Under the pieces are notes generated by a model. The model made no database searches. It saw only the letters and a list, made by a program, of their open reading frames with translations, and had not been told where the DNA came from. From Octopus sinensis (taxonomy: Eukaryota), in the NCBI RefSeq assembly GCF_006345805.1, contig NC_043017.1:17546001-17610000 (forward strand): a stretch of DNA of 64,000 bases, given 5' to 3'. The translations under genes were made by a program, and so were the position numbers. This document shows positions 1 through 64,000 of this stretch, one piece after another (position 1 is the first letter of the stretch; each line of letters opens with the position of its first letter).

Positions 1-332
1 AATCGAGCAACTAGACCCCGGGACTTATTCTTTTGTAAGCCCAGTACTTATTCTATCGGTCTCTTTTGCCAAACCACTAAGTAACGGGGACATAAACACA
101 CCAGTATCGGTTGTCAAGCAATGCTAGGGGACAAACACAAACACACATATATATATATATACATATATACGATGGGCTTCTTTCAGTTTCCATCTACCAA
201 ATCCACTCACAAGGCTTTGGTCGGCCCGAGGCTATAGTAGAAGACACTTGCCCAAGGTGCCACGCAGTGGGAACGAACCTGGAACCATGTGGTTGGTAAG
301 CAAGCTTCTTACTACACAGCCACTCCTGCGCC
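1..332 (-). mobile_element. SINE family A (cut by window edge)
   Basis: Reverse complement of the 43247-43692 sequence. Confidence 0.85.
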
Positions 333-678
333 TATGTTTTATTTAAAAAAAAAAATCTTTCTTCAAATATTTGTGACTGTATCAAGTATTTTTGTAAAAC
401 CTTATGCATCATATCATCATTTAACATCTTTTTTCCATGCTGACATTAGGGAAAAAATGTTGGATGGCTTGAGAGGCACTGGCAAGGCCCAGGGGTCACA
501 CCAGGTTCTATACTCCGTTTTGGTCTGGTTTCTATGGCTGGATGCCTTTCCTAATGCCAACCACTTTACAGAATGTTCTGTGTGCTTTTTATGTGGTACC
601 AGCACAAGTGCTTTTTTTACATGGCACCAGCACTCAGACAAATGCTCTTTACATGGCACCTTGGTCTTAGGATCTGTA

Positions 679-715
<37 letters not shown>

Positions 716-808
716 CAAAATTTAGATTCAGATGAATATGGTACTTAAGTTAAAGGCACCAACATTTTTTATGGTATTATCCATATAAATCAAACGGGAT
801 GATTATAA

Positions 809-948
809 TCAAAATAAGCAACAAGTATATCCGAGGTGGAGTGGTACAATTGTTTCATGCTACTTCATTTAATAAAATGTTTAATAAAATGAAGTAGCAT
901 GACACAATTGTACTACTCTACCTTGGATATACTTGTTGCTTATTTTGA
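809..948. mobile_element. Foldback MITE (~65-bp arms)
   Basis: TCAAAATAAGCAACAAGTATATCC...GGATATACTTGTTGCTTATTTTGA; half copy at ~33402-33452. Confidence 0.75.
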
Positions 949-949
949 A

Positions 950-1211
950 TATATACATACACATATACATACCCATACATACATACACATATGTACATAC
1001 ATATACATATATATACATACACATATGTACATACATATATATACATACATACACATATATACATACATATACATACATACATATATATATACACATATAT
1101 ACGTACATATACACATATATCCATACACATACACACATCCACACACACATACATGTACATATATATGTACATACATACATATATATACACATACACATAT
1201 ATATATATATA
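950..1211. repeat. Compound (AT)/(AC)/(ATAC) microsatellite; similar tracts at 51720-52050, 52350-52460, 53665-53850, 57590-57800, 44700-44785 (AAT/AAC), 32730-32845 (AGT/AGC)
   Basis: Seen directly; explains the spurious Y/I/H/T- and C/V/M-rich ORFs. Confidence 0.95.
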
Positions 1212-1817
1212 TTGAAAACTACAAGGAATCTTGTGTAGTTCTGCATCAGCAAGACTTGAAAAAATATAGAATTATATATATGTATAAAGCTGCAATGAAG
1301 GCAACCCAACTAGGAGAGCAAAAACCAAGTAAATGATAAAAAAAATTAAAGGTCATGAACTTGATTCCCAGCTGTATGTTGTGTCCTTGAGCAAGACACT
1401 TTATTTCACATTGCTACTGTTCACCCAGCTGGCAATAATGAGTTGTACACGTAATTCACAATGAATCTCCCTGAGAACTATACAAAGGGTATGCATGTCT
1501 ACGGAGTACTCAGTTACTTGCATGATAATTTCACTAGCAGGCTGTTCTGTTGATTGGATCAACTGGAACTCTTGTCTGTGGAACGGTGCCAGTTAACACG
1601 TGAAAATCAGCAGAGCTTGCAATTAGAAAGAATTTTAAACAACTCTAGATTATAATTCTCTTTCCTTGGAACCTCAACTGCTGATGGAATTGTAAGAGTT
1701 CCATGATTATCATGGAACTCTTACTTCATATATATATAAATTAATGGTGGGTGTTTAGATATCAGATTATGGTTTAAATTTGTTAAAGTATTTGGTGTGT
1801 GTGTTGTTTTGTCTGTG

Positions 1818-2208
1818 TACTCTTTTACTTGTTTCAGTCATTTGACTGCGGCCATGCTGGAGCACCGCTTTTAGTCGAGCAAATCGACCCCAGGACTTAT
1901 TCTTAGCAAGCCCAGTACTAATTCTATCGGTCTCTTTTGCCGAACCGTTAAGTTATAGGGACGTAAACACACCAGCATTAGTTGTCAAGCAATGCTCGGG
2001 GGACAAACACACACACACACACATACATATATATACATATATACGCCAGGCTTCTTTCAGTTTCCGTCTACCAAATCCACTCACAAGGCATTGGTCGGGC
2101 CGGGGCTATAGCAGAAGACACTTGCCCAAGATGCCACGCAGTGGGACTGAACCCAGAACCATGTGGTTGGTTAGCAAGCTACTTACCACACAGCCACTCC
2201 TGCGCCTA
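1818..2208 (-). mobile_element. SINE family A, full length
   Basis: Reverse complement of the 43247-43692 sequence. Confidence 0.85.
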
Positions 2209-2235
2209 TGTGTGTGTGTAAATTTTTAGTGGTGT

Positions 2236-2705
2236 ACTAGCACTGTGACCCGGCGTTATCGGGTCTAGTGCTAGTCAAGCATATTTGGTCATTCATGAAA
2301 ATCCCTCTCTCTTGTCATTCACTTGGTCTAACTCAATTATTCCCTGCATTTCTCAAATCAAAAAAACTTGCATGTTTGATGTGATACATAACAAAGGAAG
2401 GGAAATGCAGAGTTTTAAAGAGTTATTTCCCTTGCTATGGTTTCATATCTTTAGATTAAACTGCTGGAATGAGTTACATGCCTTGTATTAAAGATTTGTT
2501 ACCTGAAACATAAGGGGTCGGTTTATTGATTTTTTTAAAAATGGCTTTGCAGGGTGACTGGGGAAATGTAAAGATGTGCACGACCACCCTTGGACGGTTT
2601 TGAATGACCATAGAAAGTGCGAGCCCTCTAACTGAAAAATTGTGGATTTGTATAAAAGACATGCACACACACAGACAGACATTTTGCCGTCTGTATATTT
2701 AGAGA
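2236..2705 (+). mobile_element. Helentron-like non-autonomous element (second family)
   Basis: 5' ACTAGCACT..GACCCG..CGGGTC..AGTGCTAGT hairpin; 3' ACAGACAGAC..TATATTTAGAGAT. Confidence 0.45.
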
Positions 2706-3250
2706 TGTGTTCTCTTTTCATGTGTGGTGTGGTATTGTGGTTTGTGTTTGGTTTTATGGGAATGTTTTGTGTGTATGTGTGTACATGACAGGTCCTTATT
2801 CATTGATTAATAATGGGTATTTCAATATTTAGTTGAGGTTTATATTTGTTGATGAATTGTTTATCTTTGTTTATTCTCTTTTGTTAGGTGTATATATGTA
2901 AAGAGAGAGAGATGAAGAAATATATATATATATGTCAGTCATTTGCTGATCCAATGAAATAAAGTCTGCCTCATGCTCATGAGACCAGAGCTTGTTTGGA
3001 TTCTCATGGTATTTACACTCAAAGTACAAAACTATTACTTGAAAAGGGTAGCAGTCCATCACAGGGTGACCTTCCTAGTACTACTAATACTCATTTTCAA
3101 CTGTGTGTACTGAAGCAATGTGAAATGAAATATCTTGCTCAAGGACACACTACCTGATGAGACTGGAGCCCATGGCTTAATGAGGTGTCCAGCATTAACC
3201 ACTAGACCACACACACATTCACTGTAGTCACCTTAAGAAATTGTACTCAC

Positions 3251-55616
<52,366 letters not shown>

Positions 55617-56466
55617 GGCAACCTAAAAGCAGATAAAGAAACAATGAGTGAGATTTAAAAGATACAGAATAAACATTATGAGTGATTGTCACATGAATAT
55701 TATAATTATTTTTGCTACCATTTACATTATTATTTTATCAAAATTACTACCAGATGGCACTATTGTTAGCGTGTTGGATATTTCTTCTGGGTTCTTTTTT
55801 TTTAATTTTTTTTAGTTCAAATTCTACAGAAGTCAACTTAGCCTTTCATCTTTTCAGGGTTGAGTATATAAACTACCAGTTGATAACAAGTGCTGATGTA
55901 ATTGACAACTCCTTCCCCAATTGTTGACCTTGAAACAATTATTACCAAGATCACTAATATGCACATCCTCATCCTCTTTGCTGTTGGCATCATCACATCA
56001 GCTCTCATTGATTTCATCAGTCTAAGAAGTTCAGTAAATGCCACGGTTTTTTTTTCCCCTCCATGACTTACTCAGAGAAGAAATGGAACTGTCCATGATC
56101 CTTTTCAAGACCTCTGAGACTGGAGACCTGTTTTGCACCAAAGGGCTACAGCAGAAGATACTTGTCTAAAATTCCAGGCAGTGGGACTGAACCCAGAATC
56201 ATGTAGTTGAGAAGCAAACCTCTTACCACACACTATACATTGTCAGTAGTTCATGGATCCAAAATACAAACATACACTGAAACATGAGAGCAGTGGTATA
56301 TATAGAAGGTTGTTTTTTAAGGGCTGCTCATAGAGTGACCATTGATTTTGCATCTATAAAGCACTTAGTTGTATCGGCAACTCTGAGTCTGACATTTGCC
56401 TCTACAGCTAAGTGTTTTATAGGTGCGAAACCAACGGTCACTCTCTGACTGGCCATAACAAACTAC

Positions 56467-56560
56467 CTTGTGAGGATGATCCGGTTCTTGACTGAAGATC
56501 AGAGGCTTCAAATGACCCGTTCGTTTTTTTGTGTCGTCTATTTGAATGTTTTGCATTCTT
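56467..56560 (-). other. Candidate non-coding 5' UTR exon of myosin VI
   Basis: Unique-looking, CpG-retaining patch ending in AAG|gtagtt, 844 nt upstream of the acceptor preceding the ATG; 5' boundary unknown. Confidence 0.3.
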
Positions 56561-56879
56561 GTCCCATTTTGTATTTTTATATATATTTTTCATACATATA
56601 TATAAACAACAGGAAAATGGAAATATTTTGGAATTATTTATTCTCCATTACATGTGTTTAATTTGCTAATAGGAATTACAAAGATTTACGTGTTATATAG
56701 ACATTTAAGAAAATTCCTATAGGAAACTCGTCAGAGAGAAAATTTTTTTAAATAATTTTAATATGTATTTTGATTAACATACAACAGTAATTAAGGATAC
56801 ATATTGATAGTAATAATGGAATAAGCAGATGCGCTTCAAGAGGAAACAGTTGGGAGTTACCCTAACTATCTATATTATA

Positions 56880-57300
56880 CATCAACCAGCTTGACTCTAT
56901 TCATATGCGATGCTTGCGTACCATATTCACAACAGTGAGGTGCAAACAAAATGCAACACATCAGGTATTGAAGTTATCCTCATCAAAATACAGTTGAGAC
57001 GGTCAGGTCTTCTCTCTCGTATGAGTGATATCAGAATTCCAAAGCAACTTCTCTTTGGCCAATTCCCAACAGGAAGGTCAGTTGGAAGGCTACCCTTGTG
57101 CTTCAAAGACAAACTAAAAGACAATATGAAGCGATGCGACATTCCCTTTTCTTTCTGGGAAAACAAAGCATCAGAATGCAAAGACCTGGCACCAGTTCTG
57201 TTTCTCCTCAGTTCAAAGATTTGATTTGAGTTGAGTGAAGTCAATTCTAACATCAGGACCAACTTCGTGCAAGCATGAAGGTACACTGGCATAACACTAC
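56880..57300 (+). mobile_element. RTE (BovB-like) RT C-terminal fragment
   Basis: QLRRSGLLSRMSDIRIPKQLLFGQ...GR.VGR....FKDKLKDNMKRC. Confidence 0.75.
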
Positions 57301-57598
57301 TCCTCTAAATGGAAACCATACCTATTGTTATTGAGGTTTTGTGGCATGAAGCAAAGCAAGAAAGCACTCAAGAAAACACACAGTAAATGATCCACTAGCA
57401 CTTGAACAAACTGAGTCCTTAACTTGTTCCATTCGCCAAAAGGCTTGCAAGGCACCAGCTGGCCTCAAGAGACAAAATTCTGTCCACAGAATATGATTAC
57501 CGCTTTATTTTACTGAACTCTCATTTATTGTTTAGTTTGTCTGTCTGTAAAATCCATCTGTCTGTCAGTCAGTCTATCTATCTATCTCTTCATATATA

Positions 57599-57664
<66 letters not shown>

Positions 57665-57764
57665 GTAAATGTATAGTACATATGTATGAATATAAATGAT
57701 ATGTGTGTGTGTGTATGGTATGTCTATTTTCATTCTAAATATATGTATATTTGTGTGTGTGTGC

Positions 57765-57798
<34 letters not shown>

Positions 57799-57799
<1 letters not shown>

Positions 57800-57976
57800 A
57801 CTTATAAACAAGGGCAAAAGAAAAAATTTCTAATGCCAGATAGGCTCAAAATAGACACATCGTCAATAATAATTCATCACTATAAGCACGCATCTCGAAG
57901 ATGGTTATCGACGATGTGTCTATTTTCGGCATATTTGGCATTAGAAATTTTTTCCTTTTGCCCTTGTTTATAAGTT
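57799..57976. mobile_element. Foldback MITE (~70-bp arms, ~35-nt spacer)
   Basis: AACTTATAAACAAGGGCAAAAG...CTTTTGCCCTTGTTTATAAGTT next to (TA)n. Confidence 0.75.
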
Positions 57977-58561
57977 GTTTATAAATTTAACCTTTAAAGG
58001 TATTTTTTAATATGCTGGCCATTGATAGAATTTTTTTCGAAAGGTTTTATCCTATATTATATATATATAAGAGAGAGAGAGAGATTGATCAACTTAAATG
58101 ATACAGTACATTCCAAATGTGTTGTACAGTGGGCTTGTGCATTCAAAACCAGAAAGTTACAAAGAGAACCTTTTAAGAACATGTTGTCAAGACACAGCTG
58201 AGAAGAGATATATAACATTGAAACAGACAGGATATAAATCTACCTTATACAACCCTACTTCACTTGCAAGTCATTAAGAAAGTCCATAAGCTGAATTAAA
58301 CACAGGTGTTTGTGCAAGTGTTTGTCAAACAGAAATGGTTTAAGGCTAAGCAGAGAGTCAGTTCTATTTATATATCACATAAAGTGTGTCTTTAGAGCAA
58401 ATTAAGTTCCAATTTGCGATGACCATAATTTGAAGTTAATGATAGAGAAAATTGTTAAGTATAGCTTTGGGATAATTGAAATAAGTGTAAGGTGAGATAT
58501 TAGAAAAGAAGTAATTATGCCCAATCACATCCTTATTTCTTCATTTTACATCATGCATCTA

Positions 58562-59780
58562 TTGGGTCATCTCATGAATAATGCGGTTTTTTCAACTGCA
58601 TGAACTAAAAGTTGGAGGGGGACAGTATACATTATCTGCATCAACTTGCTTTTAAAGCAGGTAGTAATTTTACTTTGTGCTTATTCTTAGTGCAAGTTTT
58701 GAAGAGTGCAGTTGGATTTTAACAGTTATTTTTTCAAAGTTATAATGGAAGTGACAAAGGAGCACATTAGGCATATTTTGCTTTATGAGTTCAATAAAGG
58801 CAACAATGCAACGGAAAGTGCGAGGAATATTAATGCAGTACATGGGGTCCAGAAATTCCAAGCTGGAAACTACAGCCTAGAAGACGAGCCTTGTCCTGAA
58901 AGATCTGTAGTGCTCGATGTGGACGTCCTGCAAACCTTGGTGGAACAAAATCCCATGATAACTGTTGAAGAACTAACAGAGAAGTTTGGATTGGATCATT
59001 CAACCATTCATTGACACCTGTGTGCTATCGGAAAAGTCAGCAAATTGGGTCAATGAGTTCCTCACAAACTTTCCAAGTCTAATCGCATGCAGAGAGTGAA
59101 TATGTGCTCTTCTTTGCTGTCACGTCTCACAAATGAGCCTTTTTGGGGACTGATTAGTGACTGGTGATGAGAAATGGGTTCTCTATAAAAATGTCATGTG
59201 CTGAAGACAGAGGGTAGGGAAAGGAGAAACATCAGCTAAAGAAGGTCTTCACCCGTGTAAGGTGTTGTTATCTGTTTGGTGGGATATGAAAGGTTTAGTC
59301 TACTTTAAACTTTTAAACCCAAAGCAAATGATAACAAAGGAGGTCTGCTAGCAGCTTAAGTCAGTGCTAGAAGAAAAACGACCATCTTTGGTTTCAAGAT
59401 GAAAGGCATTCTTCTATCAAGATAACGCTCAGCCACATACAGTGAGGATAACATTCCAAAGGCTGGAGCAGTTTGAATGGGAAATGATGTTTCACCCACT
59501 ATATTTGCCGGCCATTGCCCCATCTGATTATCATTTATTCCACAGTCTTCAAAATCGTTTTGACGGAAAAAATATGAAGTCTGTGGACGAGGTCAGAACA
59601 GTACTGGAGGAGTATTTTTCGTTACGGACAAGTGAATTTTAGAAGAGGGGCCTTGCAAGTCTACCACATAGATGGAAGAACATTGTAGAAAATGAGTATA
59701 TTTTAGACTAAAAAAGAACTTTGTCTATGTGATTTCGAAAAATAAAAGTAGTATAAAAAACCAGCATTATTTATGGGATG
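58562..59780 (+). mobile_element. Near-full-length decayed mariner, family 2
   Basis: Left TIR TA-TTGGGTCATCTCATGAATAATGC; MEVTKEHIRHILLYEFNKG... HTH; TGDEKW; IAPSDYHLF; partial right TIR. Confidence 0.9.
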
Positions 59781-62379
59781 GCTTCTTTCAGTTTCCATTT
59801 ACCAAATCTACAAGTCTTAGACTGGCTGTGGTTATAGAAGACACACACTGTGGCAAGTGTCTTCTATTCTAGCCCTGGTCTAACCAAAACCTTGTGAGTG
59901 GATTTGGTAGATGGTAACTAAAAAAAGCCCATTGTGTGTGCATATATGTGTGTGAGTGTGAAGCAAACAATGCTCATTTCCAATCTTTCATGGAAAAACA
60001 TGTTTGGCTATGGAGAATATTAGCATGCTTGGAAACAAGTGAGGGTTAGTGACAGAAAGGGCATCCAGCCACAGGAAATCTGCATTCAACAAATTCTGTC
60101 AGACCTATGTAAGTGGACATTAAATGATGGTGAGGATGATGTATTTTGTGACTAATGTTGTAACTGGGTATAGATTGTTATTCAACCAATCACAAGGTCA
60201 TTGTATATCTGATGGTGATAGTGTCAAAGGTATATCCAGGTAACTCAGGCATATTAAATAGCACAAAGTATGTTTGTTCAAAATACTGGTTAATAGAAAC
60301 TGTGTTGATGTATACATCTTTCACTGATATACATCAATGGAAGATACAAACAGTCATACAGACACATAACAGGTTTCTTTCACACAGTTTCTGTCTACTA
60401 TACTCTACATACAAAGTACTATATAACCTAAGTTGTAGGACCAGACACTTACACTAGGAGCTGTGCAGTGGAATTGAACCCAGATAGTTTCATCTCTGTA
60501 ATCTTTTATGAAATTTAACTTTATGAATGAAAGAAAATAGATTAATAAAAATGTCTACATAATTTTTATGCAAGGGTTCTCTGAGACATCAAATGTATTT
60601 CAAAGATTCTTCAAGTTTGAGAAATGCAAGTGTTACATTCTCTTTCATTTTAATTATTGCTAATTAAACCTTGATCATCCAAGTCAGCTCATTTACTTTT
60701 TCTACAAAGTTTGTGATATTTATTTTGAATTCAGGATCAGAGATCAAATGACACCAGGGCCCTCAAGATTGTTATACCTGATATTCCCAACAAATCAATA
60801 ACACTAACCATGTTACATACCACTTATATTGTCCTTTCCTAATCTATAGCCTTGCCACCCCATGGAAAGTAAATATTTACCAGGACCTAAAAATAACTAA
60901 AGCCAAGGTGAACTATGCCAGTTCAAACAATGTTTCTAACTATTGTTCTCAATGTTCAAGGGTAAATTGTTTATTTTGTGTCAACAGTTTTCAAAGTTTA
61001 TGGGAGTCTATTTCAACATCTCATCATTGGTTAGGGATTTACCAAAACCAGTCAGCCAGTTTTTCTTCCTCTCTCTCCCTACATGATATATGTATATATA
61101 TATATAAATACATGCATACACACACACTTGGATATCAAAGAGAGAGAGAAAGACTGTCTATATTTACACATGTATGCAACTATCCAATATATACACTCAG
61201 TTAACAAAGAGAGGGACAGAAAGAAATGCTGCCACGACCCCTGGGGTATATAATAAACTACAAAGAGTGTGTGTGTGCGTATGTGTATACACACATACAC
61301 ACACAGATAAATAGAGGGAATCCACAATAGTTTATTTGTAGGTAAAGATCCTACTAGTTCTATAATACAAGTTTATTCAAATAAAAGGAAAAATGCATTG
61401 ATTCTTTCATTCATTTCATTAACATTTCCAAAGCTGACATTTTGGTCTTGGAATCTCAACAAGAATGACATTAATTTGATCTTCCTAATTAACCGTAAAA
61501 TCACTTCTTACTTGTAAAAACAGGGCAACAGGAAAAGTTTGATGCAAAATCAGTGACTGTGTATTCACTTAAAATATTGCAAGCAGAAGCAAGCTGCTGC
61601 TATCTCTAGCAGATGAGGTGTACAGTACTGAAGAGTGACAGAAATAGCCTGTACCAGGACTGGTCTGCTGGTCCCATTGCTAGAAGGTGGTCGGGATTCG
61701 CTCAACTACTGTGTTGATCTCTTAGAGAGATTTTAGAACTAGCATTTTTGCTACTATCTCTATCTTCCTTTACTCAACCATCACATTTATACTCTGATCC
61801 CTGTTCCTTGTGAGCATGCCTGGCATTTTGCTACCATCTTCATCCTGTGGTCTCCAACTCTCTCTCCTTCTCCTGCACTTCCCTCAGGCTGGACAACCGC
61901 GTATTTTCATTGTCGGAGAACACCTGTTTCTGTCTTCATTCCTGATCTTTCTCTCTTTGGCCGAGTAACCTTGTACTTCTTCTTCAGCAAGACACCTATA
62001 TCTGTCCAACTATAACCTTTTCATCATAACCTCCTCCAATGCCTCCTCCCCTATCAAAAGTTTTTGTCTTGCAAGTACTTGGTGACCCTGTTATTGCAGG
62101 TGCCACTTAAAAAGCACCCAGTCCACACTGAAAAGTGGTTGGTGTTCGGAAGGGCATCCAGCTGTAAAAATCTTGCCAAAACTGACCTCGCCTGTGCTTG
62201 TGCCACATAAAAAGCACTAGGTCCACTCAGCTGAGTGGTTGGTGCTAGGAAGGATAACCAGCTGTAAAAATCCTGCCAAAAACAACCACAAAAGTCAGGC
62301 TTCGGCCTGGCTGGCTCTTGTGGTACCGTCCCACCTATGCTTGCATGGAACACAGACAGTAAATGATAATGATGATATA

Positions 62380-62610
62380 TGGCGAGCTGGCAGAAATGTT
62401 ACCACGCCGGGCGAAATTCGTAGCCGTATTTTGTCTGCCATTACGTTCTGAGTTCAAATTCCGCCGAGGTCGACTTTGCCTTTCATCCTTTCGGGGTCAA
62501 TAAATTAAGGACCAGTTACGCACTGGGGTCGATGTGATCGACTTAATCCCTTTGTCTGACCTTCTTTGTCCCCTCTGTGTCTAGCCCCTTGTAGGTAGTA
62601 AAGAAATAGA
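62380..62610 (+). mobile_element. SINE family C
   Basis: Same consensus as 16793-17010. Confidence 0.82.
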
Positions 62611-62869
62611 TATATGAAAGTAAAAAAGCATAAAAGTTTCCAATTAACAGTTTTACTGTAAAAATATTAGTGTGTGTGTGTGTGTGTGTGTGTGCATGCA
62701 GGCACATGTGTGTGAGTGTATGTATGAAGAGAGAGAGAGAGAGAGTTATTTATACTAAATCCTTCAACCTTTATTCTTTTTGTAATTAATTGAAAAATAA
62801 AAGAATCAACATATTCCTTCAGTTACAAATGATTTAAATAAAAAAATTCACCTACAAATTACTCTTTTA

Positions 62870-63297
62870 TTCTTTTACTTGTTTCAGTCATTTGACTGCG
62901 GCCATGCTGGAGCACCGCCTTTAGTCGAGCAAATCGACCCTGGGACTTATTCTTTGTAAGCCCAGAACTTATTCTATCAGTCTCTTTTGCCAAACCGCTA
63001 AGTTACGGGGACGTAAACACACCAGCATCGGTTGTCAAGCGATATTGGTGGGGACAAACACAGACACACACACATACATATGTATATATATATATATACA
63101 TATATACGACAGGCTTCTTTCAGTTTCCGTCTACTCTTTTATTCTTTTACTTGTTTCAGTCATTTGATTGCGGCCATGCTGGAGCACCGCCTTTAGTGGA
63201 GCAAATCGACCCCGGGACTTATTCTTTGTAAGCCCAGAACTTATTCAATCAGTCTCTTTTGCCGAACCGCTAAGTGACGGGGACGTAAACACACCAA
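62870..63297 (-). mobile_element. SINE family A, two tandem partial copies
   Basis: ttttacttgtttcagtcatttga..gcggccatgctggagcaccgcc occurs twice in tandem. Confidence 0.8.
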
Positions 63298-63682
63298 GAT
63301 TAAACGAATTAACTTCAGAAATTAAGCGAAACAACTGCATGCCATTAGCCTATATTAAGATATCTGGAAATTTCCACAGGTTATTATTACATTATTATAT
63401 GACACATCATGCTTTTGTTGTTTTGTTCTTTTGTTATCTCTGCCATTATCTCAGTAACTATTATAATTTCCTTAGAAACCACATAGTCATTATTATTGCA
63501 GAACAAACTACACAACCGTTATATCTCAGAGACTATTATCACTTTGAAACCACACAATGCATCAAGCATATTTGTGATTTAAAAAAAAAATCTCAGCGTA
63601 ACATACTTTTAAATGTCTGAAATGAATTATTGTGTTAAGAAGATTATCATTTTACAGACTATTAATCTCATCTTTAGGGATT

Positions 63683-63782
63683 NNNNNNNNNNNNNNNNNN
63701 NNNNNNNNNNNNNNNNNNNNNNNNNNNNNNNNNNNNNNNNNNNNNNNNNNNNNNNNNNNNNNNNNNNNNNNNNNNNNNNNNN
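63683..63782. other. Assembly gap (100 N)
   Basis: Run of N. Confidence 1.
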
Positions 63783-64000
63783 GTGATTGGAAGCAGCTGC
63801 AGCGCAGCAGTGGCTTTTTGTAGTATTAGGAGTAAATGTTTATTTTGAGGGTAAATTTAATTGGGCATCAATCCTAAAAATACTAGAAATATTTTTATTT
63901 GCCAACAAAAGATTTGGTTCAGTTTTATTGATTTCTGAAATGTTATTTTGTTTTATGTTTTGCTGTTGTTGTTTTGTTGCATTCTTTTAAAATGTTGCTA

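Noticed and set aside
881-1336. Several long ORFs on both strands (142-145 aa), and similar ones at 48416-48826, 51670-52084, 53635-53931, 57590-57973
   Set aside because: They are translations of (AT)/(AC)/(AGAT) microsatellites with no protein-like composition
2871-3062. 63-aa minus-strand ORF as the missing last myosin VI exon
   Set aside because: No frame shows the conserved MCELxLxETGL/KRGAE motif
63783-64000. GC-richer sequence right after the N gap as a possible first exon or other gene
   Set aside because: Too short and truncated by the gap; no supportable splice or coding signal

Overview
AT-rich, repeat-dense animal genomic DNA. The SINE families and microsatellite style point to an octopus (inference). 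About 52 kb is spanned by one minus-strand gene, unconventional myosin VI. I traced 27 coding exons from the ATG at 55616 to 3251 (3520 nt, 1173 codons plus 1 nt). All are bounded by GT-AG and stay in frame. They encode the motor, insert-1, insert-2/reverse gear, IQ, three-helix bundle, SAH, MIU, MyUb (RRL) and most of the cargo-binding domain (WWY). The last coding exon was not found and probably lies left of position 1. The introns hold tRNA-derived SINEs, RTE/CR1/Penelope retroelement pieces, several mariner/Tc1/pogo relics, Helentron-like elements, MITEs, a gypsy integrase fragment and microsatellites. The most notable non-coding signal is a minimal type I hammerhead-ribozyme-like motif (41856-41898) on the myosin VI sense strand. 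It sits inside a ~470-bp near-perfect foldback, and further degenerate hammerhead motifs occur in Penelope-like termini. A 100-N assembly gap lies at 63683-63782. Exon coordinates were read by hand at splice sites; most repeat boundaries are approximate.
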